Source: an uncultured Candidatus Entotheonella sp. (lineage in GTDB: Bacteria; Tectomicrobia; Entotheonellia; Entotheonellales; Entotheonellaceae). Taken from it: a stretch of DNA of 64,000 bases. Positions 1-13,390 of this stretch are shown piece after piece (the first letter of the stretch is position 1; each line of letters opens with the position of its first letter). Below the pieces are notes generated by a model. It worked only from the letters and a program-made list of their open reading frames with translations. It was not told where the DNA came from and ran no database searches. The position numbers and the translations under genes were made by a program. Location of the stretch: contig OZ244252.1 in assembly GCA_965217185.1 (NCBI GenBank), positions 2,880,001 to 2,944,000 on the forward strand, written 5' to 3'.

Positions 1-1745
1 CCTGGGCCAGCAGGTCGCAGCCTTGGCCGTCAATGATGAAGCGGCACAAACTGAAGAAGCCGCCCAGAGCGCTCAACTGGCCGACTTGGCGCAGCAGATC
101 GACGACCTGAACCAGCAGACTGCGGCGCTTGCCGATAACGACGAAACGGCACAGGCTGAGGAAACTGTCCAGAGCGCCCAGCTAGCCGGCTTGGCACTGC
201 AAATCGCTACTCTCACCCAACAGGCCGAGACCCTTGTCGCCAACGACCAAGCGGCGCAAGCCGAGGAAGACACCCAGAGCGCTCAACTAGCTGACTTGGC
301 ACAGCAAATCGACGACCTGGCCCAGCAGGCCGCAGCCTTCGCCGCCAATGATGAAGCGACGCAGACCGAGGAAATGGCACAGGGCCAGCGTCTCAACGTC
401 ATGCAAGGACAAATCGACACCCTGGGCCAACAGACAGCAACCTTGGCTACCAATGACGAAACGGCACAGGCTGAGGAGGACACCCAGAGCACTCAACTAG
501 CTGACCTGGCGCAGCAAATCGACGATCTGAGCCAACAGGCTGCAGCCTTCGCCGCCAATGATGAAGCGGCGCAAGCTGAGGAAATGGCACAGGGCGAGCG
601 TCTCAACGTCATGCAGGGACAAATCGACACCCTGGGCCAACAGACAGCAACCTTGGCTACCAATGACGAAACGACACAGGCTGAGGAAGCCGCCCAGAGC
701 GCTCAACTGGCCGACCTGGCACAGCAAATCGAAGCCCTGAGCCAGCAGGCCGCGACCCTTGTCGCCAACGATGAAGCGGTGCAGGCCGAGGAAATGGCAC
801 AGGGCCAGCGTCTCAACGTCATGCAGGGACAAATCGACACCCTGGGCCAGCAGGCCGCAGCCTTGGCTGCCAATGATGAAACGACACAGGCTGAGGAAGC
901 CGCCCAGAGCGCTCAACTGGCCGACTTGGCCCAGCAAATCGACGACCTGAGCCAGCAGGCCGTAGCCTTGGCTTCCAATGACGAAACAGCACAAGCCGAG
1001 GAAGCCACCCAGAGCGCCCGATTAGCCGACTTGGCCCAGCAGATCGGGGACCTAAGCCAGCAGGCCGCGGCGCTTGCCGCCAACGATGAGGCGGCGCAGG
1101 CCGAGGAAATGGCGCAGAGTCAGCGCCTCAACGTCATGCAGGGACAAATCGACACCTTGGGCCAGCAGGCAGCGGCCTTAACCGCCAATGACGAGGCAGC
1201 CCAGGCCGAGGAAGCCGCCCAGAGCGCCCAACTTGCCGACTTGGCCCAACAGGCGGCGACCCTCGCCGACAACGATGAAGCGGCGCAGGCCGAGGAAATG
1301 GCACAGAGCCAGCGTCTCAACGTCATGCAGGGACAAATCGACACCTTGGGCCAGCAGGCAGCGGCCTTAGCCGCTAATGACGAGGCAGCCCAGGCCGAGG
1401 AAGCCGCCCAGAGCGCCCAACTTGCCGACTTGGCCCAACAGGCGGCGACCCTTGCCGCCAACGATGAAGCAGCACAGGTAGAGGAAATGGCGCAGAGCCA
1501 GCACCTCAACGTCATGCAGGGGCAAATCGACACCCTGGGCCAGCAGGCAACGGCCTTAGCCGCTAATGACGAGGCAGCCCAGGCCGAGGAAGACGCCCAG
1601 AGCGCCCAACTTGCCGACTTGACCCAGCAGGCGGCGACCCTTGCCGCCAACGATCAGCACAGGTAGAGGAAATGGCGCAGAGCCAGCACCTCAACGTCAT
1701 GCAGGGGCAAATCGACACCTAATGACGAGGCAGCCCAGGCCGAGG
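1..1745 (+). repeat. Intragenic tandem repeat array (105-bp and 84-bp units)
   Basis: Recurring motifs aa(t/c)ga(t/c)ga..., ctcaacgtcatgcagggacaaatcgacac and cagagcgc(t/c)caact. Confidence 0.9.
2..1666 (+). CDS. Acidic Ala/Gln-rich coiled-coil repeat protein; 5'-truncated by the window edge and 3' end frameshifted
   Basis: Frame is open from base 2. It holds 16 NDE-initiated repeats (13 x 35 aa, 3 x 28 aa) with heptad periodicity. Repeat sequence continues out of frame past the TAG at 1664-1666. Confidence 0.8.
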   Translation: MGQQVAALAVNDEAAQTEEAAQSAQLADLAQQIDDLNQQTAALADNDETAQAEETVQSAQLAGLALQIATLTQQAETLVANDQAAQAEEDTQSAQLADLAQQIDDLAQQAAAFAANDEATQTEEMAQGQRLNVMQGQIDTLGQQTATLATNDETAQAEEDTQSTQLADLAQQIDDLSQQAAAFAANDEAAQAEEMAQGERLNVMQGQIDTLGQQTATLATNDETTQAEEAAQSAQLADLAQQIEALSQQAATLVANDEAVQAEEMAQGQRLNVMQGQIDTLGQQAAALAANDETTQAEEAAQSAQLADLAQQIDDLSQQAVALASNDETAQAEEATQSARLADLAQQIGDLSQQAAALAANDEAAQAEEMAQSQRLNVMQGQIDTLGQQAAALTANDEAAQAEEAAQSAQLADLAQQAATLADNDEAAQAEEMAQSQRLNVMQGQIDTLGQQAAALAANDEAAQAEEAAQSAQLADLAQQAATLAANDEAAQVEEMAQSQHLNVMQGQIDTLGQQATALAANDEAAQAEEDAQSAQLADLTQQAATLAANDQHR

Positions 1746-1905
1746 GGCCAGCGAGTCGACGCCCTTTGGCGCAGAGCCAGCACCTCAGTAGCGAACAGGC
1801 GGCGGCTACGAAACGGTTGGCATCTGCCAAACTGGGCCGTCGCTCCGCAAAATCCGTGATCCAATCCCTTCACCTCGCCGGCGGCAGGCAGCCGACAGGA
1901 ACGCT

Positions 1906-3189
1906 ATGGAGCACTTCCACATCGAGGGCGGGCATCGGCTCAGGGGAACCATCACCCCTGCTGGAAACAAGAACGCTGCCCTGCCCCTGATGGCGGCCAG
2001 CCTGCTGACTCACGAGCGGCTGCATCTGCACAACGTCCCCAACATTGGCGATGTCCGCACCAAGGCCGTCCTCCTCAATCGCCTGGGAGTCGATACGTAC
2101 TTGAGCCCCGACGGGCACTGCACCCTCCAGACCTGCACCGTAGGCGATAACCAGCCCGACCTCGATCTGTGCCGCCAAATCCGCACGGCGCCATTGTTCG
2201 CCGGGCCGCTGCTGGCACGGCGCGGTTTCGTGACCATCGGGCGACCGGGCGGCGACCGCATCGGGAGGCGGCGTCTCGATACCCACCTGCTCGCCCTGCA
2301 AGCCCTGGGCGCCGATATCGAGGTGACCGCCGACCGTTTCATCCTGAAGGCCGAGCGGCTGCGCGGCGCCGACATATTCCTGGATGAGATGAGCGTCACC
2401 GGCACCGAGCAGGCGCTGCTTGCCGCCGTGCTCGCCGAGGGCACCACGCTCCTGGGCAACGCCGCGTGCGAGCCGCACGTGCAGGACGTGTGCCATTGCC
2501 TGAACGCCATGGGCGCCGACATCGAGGGCATCGGCAGCAACAACTTGGTGATTCGCGGCGTCAGCAGCCTGCGGGGCGCAACCTACACCATCGGGCCCGA
2601 TTACATGGAAGTCGGTTCCCTGATTGCACTGGCGGCGATGACCGGTTCGGAACTTCGTATCCGCCAAGCGCGCCCGCGCGAGCATCGCATGACCCGCATT
2701 GTTTTCGCGCGTCTGGGAGCGACGTGGTACGACGACGGTGACGACATCGTCATCCCGGCAGAACAGGACCTGTGTGTGCGTAGTGAGTTTGACGGCGCCA
2801 TGCCGAAAATCGACGACATGCCGTGGCCGGGCTTTCCGCCCGATCTGATCAGCATCGCCCTGGTGGTCGCCACGCAGGCGCGCGGCACCGTGCTGATTCA
2901 CCAGAAGATGTTCGACCGCCGCTTGGTGTTCGTCGACCGCCTTATCGAAATGGGCGCCAACATCGTGCTGTGCGACCCGCATCGCGCCGTGGTGATTGGC
3001 CCGTCCCGTTTGCACGGCGAAACCCTCATTTCGCCGGACATCCGCGCCGGCATGGCGCTGCTCATCGCCGCGCTGGCGGCCGACGGCGTCAGCAGCATCC
3101 ACAACATCAGCCAGATCGACCGCGGCTACGAGCAACTCGAAAAACGCCTGCAGGCCCTCGGGGCGCGGATCGAGCGGCGGCCAGCGTAA
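1906..3189 (+). CDS. murA: UDP-N-acetylglucosamine 1-carboxyvinyltransferase
   Basis: [36 protein letters not shown] and IDRGYE motifs. Confidence 0.95.
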   Translation: MEHFHIEGGHRLRGTITPAGNKNAALPLMAASLLTHERLHLHNVPNIGDVRTKAVLLNRLGVDTYLSPDGHCTLQTCTVGDNQPDLDLCRQIRTAPLFAGPLLARRGFVTIGRPGGDRIGRRRLDTHLLALQALGADIEVTADRFILKAERLRGADIFLDEMSVTGTEQALLAAVLAEGTTLLGNAACEPHVQDVCHCLNAMGADIEGIGSNNLVIRGVSSLRGATYTIGPDYMEVGSLIALAAMTGSELRIRQARPREHRMTRIVFARLGATWYDDGDDIVIPAEQDLCVRSEFDGAMPKIDDMPWPGFPPDLISIALVVATQARGTVLIHQKMFDRRLVFVDRLIEMGANIVLCDPHRAVVIGPSRLHGETLISPDIRAGMALLIAALAADGVSSIHNISQIDRGYEQLEKRLQALGARIERRPA

Positions 3190-3230
3190 ACGCGACCTTC
3201 AGGGAACAATCGGCAGAGGAGTCTTGCTCT

Positions 3231-5517
<2,287 letters not shown>

Positions 5518-5700
5518 ACGGCCGGTACGTGCGCTGTGGCGAGCCGGAATCTGCCGGCAGCGCGTCGCGACTTGACCCCAACGGGGTGAATTTCCGCAGG
5601 CTTGTCTGCCACGTCGAGCTTGGGGTAGTGTTTCCGTCCTGACCATGTCCCAGAGGGAAGGGACTGAAGGGCGTTCCATTTTGTGCAAAGGGGTCGGCCG

Positions 5701-6780
5701 ATGACTGAACTTCTCAAAACCCCGCTCCACAACATGCATCTGGCAGCTGGCGCGCGCATGGCGCCCTTCGCCGGCTATGAGATGCCGCTGCGCTATGCCG
5801 CGGGCGATATCGCCGAGCACCGGCAGGCGCGGCGCCTCGCTGCGCTCTTCGACGTGAGCCATATGGGCCAGGTTCGCCTCGCCGGACCGGGCGCGGATGC
5901 GGCGCTGGAGCGGCTGGTGCCGGGTGACATACAGGGTCTCGGCCCCGGACAGATGCGCTATACGCTGTTCACGAGTGACCGCGGCGGCATTCTCGACGAC
6001 CTGATCGCGGCGCGCGCCAAAGACGGCCTGCGGCTGGTCGTCAACGCCGCGCGCAAGGAGCACGACATCGCCCATCTCAGCCGCCATCTGAGCGGGGCGG
6101 TGGATGTCGTGCCGGAACCAGACCGCGCGCTGCTGGCGCTTCAGGGGCCGGCGGCGGCAGACGTGCTCGCCGCCTGTGCGGACATGGCCTTTATGAGCTG
6201 GCGCGAGGCCGAGGTCTGCGGACTGCCCGTACGCGTCTCGCGTTCCGGCTATACCGGGGAGGATGGCTTCGAGCTTTCCGTGGCGGAAGATGACGCCGAG
6301 GCGTTGGCCACGCGGCTGCTCGCCCATGACGCGGTCGCTTGGGCGGGTCTTGGCGCCCGCGACTCGCTGCGGCTCGAGGCCGGCCTCTGCCTGTACGGCC
6401 ACGACATCGACGAGACGACGACCCCGATCGAGGCCGGTCTCGGCTGGACCGTGGCGAAGCGCCGACGGCAGGAGCGCAACTTCCCGGGCGCGGCCCGCAT
6501 CCTCGACCACCCGCCCGCGCGCCGCCGCGTCGGCCTGCGCCCCGAGGACCGGGTCATTGCGCGCGCGGATACGGCGGTGCTGGACGCGGATGGCGCCGCG
6601 GTCGGCCGCGTCACCAGCGGCGGCTTCGGTCCGACGCTCGGCGGCCCGATCGCGATGGGCTATCTGCCGGCCGCGCTCGCCAAACCCGACACACCCGTTG
6701 CCTTCGACATCCGCGGCAAGGTCCGGCCTGGCCGGGTCGCGTCCCTGCCCTTCATTCCCCACAACTACATCCGGATCTGA
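5701..6780 (+). CDS. gcvT: Glycine cleavage system aminomethyltransferase T
   Basis: LFDVSHMGQ, SRSGYTGEDGFE, GLGARDSLRLEAGLCLYG. First gene of the gcv operon. Confidence 0.95.
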   Translation: MTELLKTPLHNMHLAAGARMAPFAGYEMPLRYAAGDIAEHRQARRLAALFDVSHMGQVRLAGPGADAALERLVPGDIQGLGPGQMRYTLFTSDRGGILDDLIAARAKDGLRLVVNAARKEHDIAHLSRHLSGAVDVVPEPDRALLALQGPAAADVLAACADMAFMSWREAEVCGLPVRVSRSGYTGEDGFELSVAEDDAEALATRLLAHDAVAWAGLGARDSLRLEAGLCLYGHDIDETTTPIEAGLGWTVAKRRRQERNFPGAARILDHPPARRRVGLRPEDRVIARADTAVLDADGAAVGRVTSGGFGPTLGGPIAMGYLPAALAKPDTPVAFDIRGKVRPGRVASLPFIPHNYIRI

Positions 6781-6788
6781 GAGCACCC

Positions 6789-7169
6789 ATGACCCAGAAG
6801 ACCTGGTACACCCGCGATCATGAATGGGTACGGCTGGAGGACGGCGTCGCGGTCTGTGGCATTACCGATTACGCCCAGACGCAATTGGGCGATGTCGTCT
6901 TTGTCGAACTGCCGGAAGTCGGCACGCATCTGGCGCGCCAAGCTGCCGCCGCGGTGGTCGAGAGCACCAAGGCGGCGAATGACGTCTACGCGCCGGTGAG
7001 CGGCGAGGTCGTTGCCGTGAACGACCGGCTGGAAGAGGAACCGAATCTCGTCAACGAATCCGCCGAGGACCAGGGCTGGTTTTTCCGCCTGCGGCTCGCC
7101 GATGAGGGCGAGCTCGACGAGCTCCTCGACGGGGACGCCTACCGGGCCTTCGTCGAGGAGATCGAATAA
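6789..7169 (+). CDS. gcvH: Glycine cleavage system H protein
   Basis: [26 protein letters not shown] and lipoyl-lysine motif VESTKA. Confidence 0.95.
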   Translation: MTQKTWYTRDHEWVRLEDGVAVCGITDYAQTQLGDVVFVELPEVGTHLARQAAAAVVESTKAANDVYAPVSGEVVAVNDRLEEEPNLVNESAEDQGWFFRLRLADEGELDELLDGDAYRAFVEEIE

Positions 7170-8488
7170 TGCGCTACCTGCCGATCACCGAGGCCGACCG
7201 GCGGGTCATGCTGGAGGCGATCGGCGTGCCGTCGGTCGAGGCGCTGTTCGCCGACGTGCCGCAAGAGGCGCTACTGGCAGAGCCGGTGGACCTGCCGCCC
7301 CATGCGAGCGAATACGAGGTGGAGAAGCGCCTCTCCCGGCTTGCGGCGCAGAACCGCCCGGCCGGCGCCGGCCCCTTCTTCTGCGGCGCCGGCACCTATC
7401 GTCATCATATCCCCGCAGCCGTGGACCATCTGATCCAGCGCGGCGAGTTTCTCACCTCCTACACGCCCTATCAGCCCGAAATCGCCCAGGGCACGCTGCA
7501 ATATCTGTTCGAGTTCCAGACCCAAGTCTGCCTGCTGACCGGCATGGAGGTCGCCAACGCCTCCATGTATGACGGCGCGACCGCCACCGCCGAGGCGGTC
7601 ATGATGGCGAATCGGGTCACGCGCCGCTCGAAGGCGGTGGTCTCCGGCAATCTGCACCCGCATTACCGCGACACCGCGGCGACGCTCGCCCGCTTTCAGG
7701 GCTTCACACTCGACTGCGCCCCACCGCGGCCGCAAGGCGGCGAGGACCTGGCAGGGCGGATTGACGCCGAGACATCCTGCGTTGTGGTCCAGTATCCCGA
7801 CCTGTTCGGCAATATCGCAGACTACTCGGATGTGGCGGCGGCCGCGCACGCCAAGGGCGCGCTGCTAGTCGTCGTGGTTACGGAGATCGTCGCGCTCGGC
7901 GCGCTCCGGCCGCCGGGGGCGATGGGGGCCGACATCGTGGCCGCGGAAGGCCAATCGCTCGGCAATCCGATGAGCTTCGGCGGTCCGCATCTCGGCTTGT
8001 TCGCCACGCGCACGCGCCACGTGCGCCAGATGCCAGGGCGGCTCTGCGGCGAGACCGTCGATGCCGAGGGGCGACGCGGCTATGTGCTCACCCTGGTGGC
8101 GCGCGAGCAGCATATCCGACGCGAGCGCGCAACGAGCAATATCTGCACCAATTCCGGCCTCTGCGCGCTCGCCTTCACCATCCATCTGACCCTGCTCGGT
8201 GAGACCGGGCTGAAGCGTCTGGCGTCGCTCAATCATGCGCGGGCGGCGGCGCTCGCCGACCGGCTCGACCGGCGCGTCGTGACGTCCTCATTCTTCAACG
8301 AGTTCACGGTCCGCCTCGACGGCGATGCGGCGGCTGCGGTCGAGCGCCTCGCGGGCGAAGGCATTCTCGCCGGCGTGCCGGTCTCCCGGCTGCATCCCGG
8401 CGCCGGCCTCGACGACCTGCTGCTGGTCGCGGTGACCGAGACGACGGACGAGGACGACCTCGCGGCCCTGGCGGAGGCGCTCGGATGA
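7169..8488 (+). CDS. gcvPA: Glycine dehydrogenase subunit 1
   Basis: [40 protein letters not shown]. Confidence 0.95.
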   Translation: MRYLPITEADRRVMLEAIGVPSVEALFADVPQEALLAEPVDLPPHASEYEVEKRLSRLAAQNRPAGAGPFFCGAGTYRHHIPAAVDHLIQRGEFLTSYTPYQPEIAQGTLQYLFEFQTQVCLLTGMEVANASMYDGATATAEAVMMANRVTRRSKAVVSGNLHPHYRDTAATLARFQGFTLDCAPPRPQGGEDLAGRIDAETSCVVVQYPDLFGNIADYSDVAAAAHAKGALLVVVVTEIVALGALRPPGAMGADIVAAEGQSLGNPMSFGGPHLGLFATRTRHVRQMPGRLCGETVDAEGRRGYVLTLVAREQHIRRERATSNICTNSGLCALAFTIHLTLLGETGLKRLASLNHARAAALADRLDRRVVTSSFFNEFTVRLDGDAAAAVERLAGEGILAGVPVSRLHPGAGLDDLLLVAVTETTDEDDLAALAEALG

Positions 8489-10008
8489 CCGACGTATTCC
8501 ACGACACCATCTCCGGCGACCGCGGCCTCCATATCGAAGAGCCGCTGATTTTCGAGCAGGACAGCCCGGGCGCGCTCGGCGTTGACTGGCCGCAGGTCGA
8601 GGCGAGGCCGGACCGGCTGGGCGGCCTCGCCCGCGAGGGCGCCATCGGCCTGCCGAGCTTGGCGGAGCCGACCGTCGTGCGCCATTACACCCGGCTGTCG
8701 CAGAAGAACTACGGTATCGACACCGGACTCTTCCCGCTCGGCTCTTGCACCATGAAGCACAATCCGCGTCTGAATGAGCGGCTGGCGCGGCTGCCCGGTT
8801 TCGCGGATATCCATCCGCTGCAGCCGGAATCCAGCGTGCAGGGAGCGCTCCGGCTTTGCCGCGAGTTGCAACGCTGGCTGATGGCGTTGACCGGCATGCC
8901 CTGTGTCGCGCTCACCCCCGGCGCGGGCGCGCACGGCGAACTTTGCGGCATGATGGCCATCCGCACCGCTCTGGATGCGCGGGGGGAGGAGAGCGCGGCG
9001 CGGCGCCGCGTGCTGGTGCCCGATTCAGCCCACGGCACCAACCCCGCTACCGCCGCCGCGCTGGGCTTCCAGGTCGTTTCGATCCCGGAAGACGCACGCG
9101 GCCGGGTTGATCTTGCCCGCTTCGAGGCGCTGCTGGAGGGCGGCATCGCCGCGGTCATGCTCACCAATCCCAACACCTGCGGCGTGTTCGAGAACGACAT
9201 CCGCCGCATCGCCGACGCCGTGCATGAGGCCGGCGGCTATTTCTATTGTGACGGCGCGAACTTCAACGCGATTGTCGGGCGGGTGCGGCCGGGCGATCTC
9301 GGCATCGACGCCATGCACATCAATCTGCACAAGACCTTCTCGACGCCGCATGGCGGCGGCGGGCCGGGCGCGGGGCCGGTCGTGTTCTCGGAGGCGCTCG
9401 CGGCCTATGCGCCGGTGCCGCGCATTGTCGAGGAGGACGGCCTGTTGCGCCTGGAGGAGATAAATGGCGCTGCCCTCGGGCGGATGAAGGCCTTTCACGG
9501 CCAGATGGGCATGTTTGTGCGCGCGCTCGCCTACCTGATGAGCCACGGCTCCGACGGGTTGCGCCAGGTCTCCGGCGATGCCGTTCTAAACGCCAACTAT
9601 CTGCTGCGGCGGCTGGAAGGCGCGTTTTCCGCGCCCTTCGCCCATGCCGGCCCGGCCATGCACGAGGCGCTGTTCGACGACCGTTTGCTCCGCGACAGCG
9701 GCGTTACCACACTCGACATTGCCAAGGCGATGATCGATGAGGGACTGCATCCGATGACCGTCTATTTCCCGCTGGTGGTGCATGGCGCGATGCTGGTCGA
9801 GCCGACTGAGACGGAAACCCGGGCAAGCCTCGATCGCTTCACCGCCATCATGCGGGGCTTGGCCAAGCGGGCGAAGGCGGGCGCTGCGCTTAGCGAGGCG
9901 CCGCATCACGCCCCCCGTCGCCGCCTCGACGAGACCCGCGCCGCGCGCCGGCCGGTGCTGCGTTGGCAGCCGCCCGGCGACGCCAAGCGTGATGTGCCAG
10001 GGGTGTGA
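8485..10008 (+). CDS. gcvPB: Glycine dehydrogenase subunit 2
   Basis: [19 protein letters not shown] and PLP-lysine motif [22 protein letters not shown] overlap with gcvPA. Confidence 0.95.
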   Translation: MTDVFHDTISGDRGLHIEEPLIFEQDSPGALGVDWPQVEARPDRLGGLAREGAIGLPSLAEPTVVRHYTRLSQKNYGIDTGLFPLGSCTMKHNPRLNERLARLPGFADIHPLQPESSVQGALRLCRELQRWLMALTGMPCVALTPGAGAHGELCGMMAIRTALDARGEESAARRRVLVPDSAHGTNPATAAALGFQVVSIPEDARGRVDLARFEALLEGGIAAVMLTNPNTCGVFENDIRRIADAVHEAGGYFYCDGANFNAIVGRVRPGDLGIDAMHINLHKTFSTPHGGGGPGAGPVVFSEALAAYAPVPRIVEEDGLLRLEEINGAALGRMKAFHGQMGMFVRALAYLMSHGSDGLRQVSGDAVLNANYLLRRLEGAFSAPFAHAGPAMHEALFDDRLLRDSGVTTLDIAKAMIDEGLHPMTVYFPLVVHGAMLVEPTETETRASLDRFTAIMRGLAKRAKAGAALSEAPHHAPRRRLDETRAARRPVLRWQPPGDAKRDVPGV

Positions 10009-10116
10009 GGGCGGGGATTTCTGAGATTGGTTTTCGTGGGAAAAGATCGCGTAGAGGATACGATCCATGGAGATTCGGTCCCGGCCGGACCTCTTGGAAG
10101 CCGCGTGTGACGTACT

Positions 10117-11439
10117 TCAGGCTTGGGTCGTGCGGAGGGGAGAGGGAGTTTCGACGGCCGGTGCAGACATCGCGGCCTGGGATTTTTCGTTTTGTGCCAT
10201 CAGGTCCATGGCCAACAGTGCCGACACCAGTCCGGCGGCGAAGCTGATCATCCAGGAGACGGCGTAGCCGTTCGAGATGTCATAGAGATAACCGCCGAGG
10301 AAGCCGCCGGTGGCCATTCCCACCATCGCAAAGCACATCTGGCCCGAATAGCCCGGTCCGAAGCCGCGCTGTCCGTATATTTCGCGTGCCACCACGCCGT
10401 ATTGCGTGTTCACGCCGCCGTAGCCAAAGCCCCAGAACACCGCGTACAGGAAGAAAATCGCCGGGTCCTCGGCGTTGACCAGCCATAGGACCAGGGTGCC
10501 TTGTATGAACAGGGTGAAAATGAGCGTCAGGCGCGCGCCATGGCGGTCGGCAAAGAGGCCCCAGGCCACCCGCCCGGCCACCGCCGACAGCGACATGAGG
10601 CCCAGCACCCAAGCTGAGGCAAAGGTGGAAAGGCCGGCGTGCTGGGCGAACACCACGATGTGCACCAGCGGCACGGAGTGGCACATGCAGCAGAAAAAGT
10701 TGATGACGGCGAGGGTCCAGAAGCCCTCCATGCGCAGGATGACGCGCCACACCGAGCCCACCGACACCGAGCGGGTGGACCGCTTGCTGCCGGCCGATGC
10801 CGTTGACGGCGTGTCATTCGGGTCGGCGCCGAAGGGCACCAGCCCCATCTCGTGCGGATGGTTGCGGATAAACAGGCAGGCCAGCACCGATGCGGACGAT
10901 ACCGTCAGGCTCAGCATGACGAACGCCGTTTGCCAGTCCCAGCGCAGAATCACCCAGGTGACCAGGGGCGAAAAGATGAACGGCCCCAAGCCGTTGCCGG
11001 CCATCGTCAGGCCCATCGCGAAGCCCTGACGCTTTTCGAACCAGCGGGTGATCAAGGCAGCGGTCGAGATCAAGAACGCGCCGCGGCCCAGCGAGGTCAC
11101 CAAGCCGTACCAGAGGTAAAAGCCTTCCACCGTGGTCACGGTGCTGGTGGCGTACAGGCCGATGCCGTGAATCAGCGTACCGATCAGCAGCAGCTTGCGC
11201 ACGCTGTGGGTGTGCATCAGCGTTCCGACCGCCAGGATGCCGAGGCCGCTGACGATGGCCGAGATGGCGTAGGTGAACGACAGGGCACTGTGCGACCAGC
11301 CCATGTCGTCGACCATCGGGTTGATGAACACGCCGAAGGCCATCATGGCGCCGGAGGCGAGGAAGGTGATGAGAAAGCAGGCGGCCAGGACGATCCAGCC
11401 AAAGAAGAACCGCTCGGTGGGGGCAATCTGGGATGTCAT
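10117..11439 (-). CDS. MFS transporter
   Basis: About 12 hydrophobic segments; RWFEKRQG and GLFADRHGAR loop motifs. Start is an estimate (MTSQIAP). Confidence 0.88.
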   Translation of the reverse strand: MTSQIAPTERFFFGWIVLAACFLITFLASGAMMAFGVFINPMVDDMGWSHSALSFTYAISAIVSGLGILAVGTLMHTHSVRKLLLIGTLIHGIGLYATSTVTTVEGFYLWYGLVTSLGRGAFLISTAALITRWFEKRQGFAMGLTMAGNGLGPFIFSPLVTWVILRWDWQTAFVMLSLTVSSASVLACLFIRNHPHEMGLVPFGADPNDTPSTASAGSKRSTRSVSVGSVWRVILRMEGFWTLAVINFFCCMCHSVPLVHIVVFAQHAGLSTFASAWVLGLMSLSAVAGRVAWGLFADRHGARLTLIFTLFIQGTLVLWLVNAEDPAIFFLYAVFWGFGYGGVNTQYGVVAREIYGQRGFGPGYSGQMCFAMVGMATGGFLGGYLYDISNGYAVSWMISFAAGLVSALLAMDLMAQNEKSQAAMSAPAVETPSPLRTTQA

Positions 11440-11665
11440 TCGCCTTATCCTACGTGTTCGCAGCGGCTCGCGGCGTTGGCGGTGTGGAACTGTCATTCGT
11501 CCGTGGCGCGAAAGGCGAGCATACAGGGCCGTAGCGCGCCCGTCAAACCGCGGGGGCCGGTGCCATTTGACCGCCCCGGCGGACACCCCTTACAATCCTC
11601 TGATCCAATCCGAATGCCGACAGGCTGCCTTGCACGAGGCCAAGCGCCCCTCCTGGAGTTTCTCG

Positions 11666-12427
11666 ATGAAACTGATTTCGTGGAACGTGAACGGCATCCG
11701 CGCGGTGCTGCGAAAAAACCTTTTCCTGCCGTTCGTAGCGGACCACGATCCGGACGTCATCTGCCTGCAGGAGACCAAGGCCCACCCACAGCAGGTGGCA
11801 CTCGATCTGCCGTCCCACCCCTACCAGTACTGGCACAGCGCCGAAAAGAAGGGCTACGCCGGCACGGCGATTTTTTCCAAGCGCGAGCCGGTGTCCATAA
11901 GCTATGGCATCGGCGTGGCATCCTTCGACAGCGAGGGGCGGCTGGTTGCCACGGAGTTCGAAGATTTCTACGCCGTCTCGGTGTACGTGCCCAACTCCAA
12001 GCGCGACCTGAGCCGACTGGATGAGCGTCAGGAGTGGGACCGCGCCTTCCTCGCTCGTTTGAAGGGTCTGGAGAAGCACAAGCCGGTGGTGTTCAGCGGC
12101 GATTTCAATGTCGCGCACACCGATATCGACCTCGCCCGACCCAAGGAAAACGAGGGCCATCACGGCTATACGAGGGAGGAGCGCAGCGGCTTCGACGACT
12201 TCGTCAGCGCGGGCTTCATCGACACGTTTCGCCACCTGCACCCCGACGAGCGTCACCAATACACTTGGTGGCGGCAAATGGGCGGCGCGCGCGAACGCAA
12301 CGTCGGCTGGCGCATTGATTACGTCATGATATCCGCCGCCCTGCTGCCCCGCCTGGAATCCGCCTCGATCCTGTCGGACGTGTACGGATCGGACCACTGC
12401 CCGGTTGGGATCACATTGAGCCAATAA
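11666..12427 (+). CDS. xth: Exodeoxyribonuclease III
   Basis: MKLISWNVNGIRA, LQETK, GDFNVAH, GWRIDY, GSDHCP. Confidence 0.95.
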   Translation: MKLISWNVNGIRAVLRKNLFLPFVADHDPDVICLQETKAHPQQVALDLPSHPYQYWHSAEKKGYAGTAIFSKREPVSISYGIGVASFDSEGRLVATEFEDFYAVSVYVPNSKRDLSRLDERQEWDRAFLARLKGLEKHKPVVFSGDFNVAHTDIDLARPKENEGHHGYTREERSGFDDFVSAGFIDTFRHLHPDERHQYTWWRQMGGARERNVGWRIDYVMISAALLPRLESASILSDVYGSDHCPVGITLSQ

Positions 12428-12459
12428 ATATCCGAATCGCCCCTTGAGGAGAAAATGAC

Positions 12460-13383
12460 ATGCGAATCGTTGTCCACGGTCAACAAGCCTTCGGCAAAAG
12501 CGTTCTGGAAGCGCTGCTGGACCGCGGCGAAGACGTCGTTGGCGTGTTCTGCGCCCCGGCTGCCCCCGGTGGGCGCGTCGATCCGTTGCAGGAAGCCGCC
12601 GAGGCCCACAGCTTGCCGGTATACCAGCCCAAGTCGTACCGCAAGCCGGAGGTGCGCGACACCTTCGCAGCGCTGGAAAGCGACCTGTGCGTGATGGCCT
12701 ACGTGACGCTGTTCGTGCCCGAAGAGGTGTTGAACCTGCCGCGCCTCGGCACCATTCAGTACCACCCGTCGCTGCTGCCGCGCCACCGCGGGCCGAGCTC
12801 GATCAACTGGCCGATCATCTGGGGAGAGAAGCAGACGGGCCTGACGATTTTCTGGCCGGACAACGGGCTCGATACGGGGCCGATCCTGCTGCAGAAGACC
12901 GTCGACATCGCCGACACGGATACGCTGGGAAGCCTCTATTTCGACCAGCTTTACCCCCTGGGGGTGGAGGCGATGCTGGGGGCGGTGGACCAGGTCCGGG
13001 ACGGCACGGCGCCCAGAATCCCGCAGGACGAGACGGACGCCACCTACGAAGGCTGGTGCCGCAAGGAGCAGGTCGAGATCGACTGGAAACAACCCCTCGA
13101 CGCGGTGTGGAATCTCATCCGCGGCGCCGACCCGCAACCCGGCGCCTGGAGCACGCACGCCGAGCAGGAGGTGCAGATTTACGACGCCCGCAAGCTCCCC
13201 GGCGCACCCGCCGTTCAACCCGGCGAAGTGACCGCCGTGGACGAAAACGGCATCACCGTCGCCGCACTAGGCGGCCACCTTGCCGTCCAGCGCGTCAGGC
13301 CCGCCGGCGGCAAGAAAATGGCCGCCGGCGCCTTTGCCCAGGAAGCCGGACTGCGCCCCGGCGCCCGACTGGGCGGCAGTTGA
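12460..13383 (+). CDS. Formyltransferase (Fmt / 10-formyl-THF hydrolase-like)
   Basis: YHPSLLPRHRG and GLDTGPILLQ motifs, with an Fmt-type C-terminal domain. Confidence 0.85.
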   Translation: MRIVVHGQQAFGKSVLEALLDRGEDVVGVFCAPAAPGGRVDPLQEAAEAHSLPVYQPKSYRKPEVRDTFAALESDLCVMAYVTLFVPEEVLNLPRLGTIQYHPSLLPRHRGPSSINWPIIWGEKQTGLTIFWPDNGLDTGPILLQKTVDIADTDTLGSLYFDQLYPLGVEAMLGAVDQVRDGTAPRIPQDETDATYEGWCRKEQVEIDWKQPLDAVWNLIRGADPQPGAWSTHAEQEVQIYDARKLPGAPAVQPGEVTAVDENGITVAALGGHLAVQRVRPAGGKKMAAGAFAQEAGLRPGARLGGS

Positions 13384-13390
13384 GAAACAG

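Noticed and set aside
1..1745. CRISPR array
   Set aside because: The repeats are in-frame coding units with synonymous variation and no unique spacers.
5520..5700. Glycine riboswitch upstream of gcvT
   Set aside because: A hairpin (gtccc...gggac) and a ctgaagg word are present, but the GGAGA...CCGAAG...CTCTCAGG core is not.
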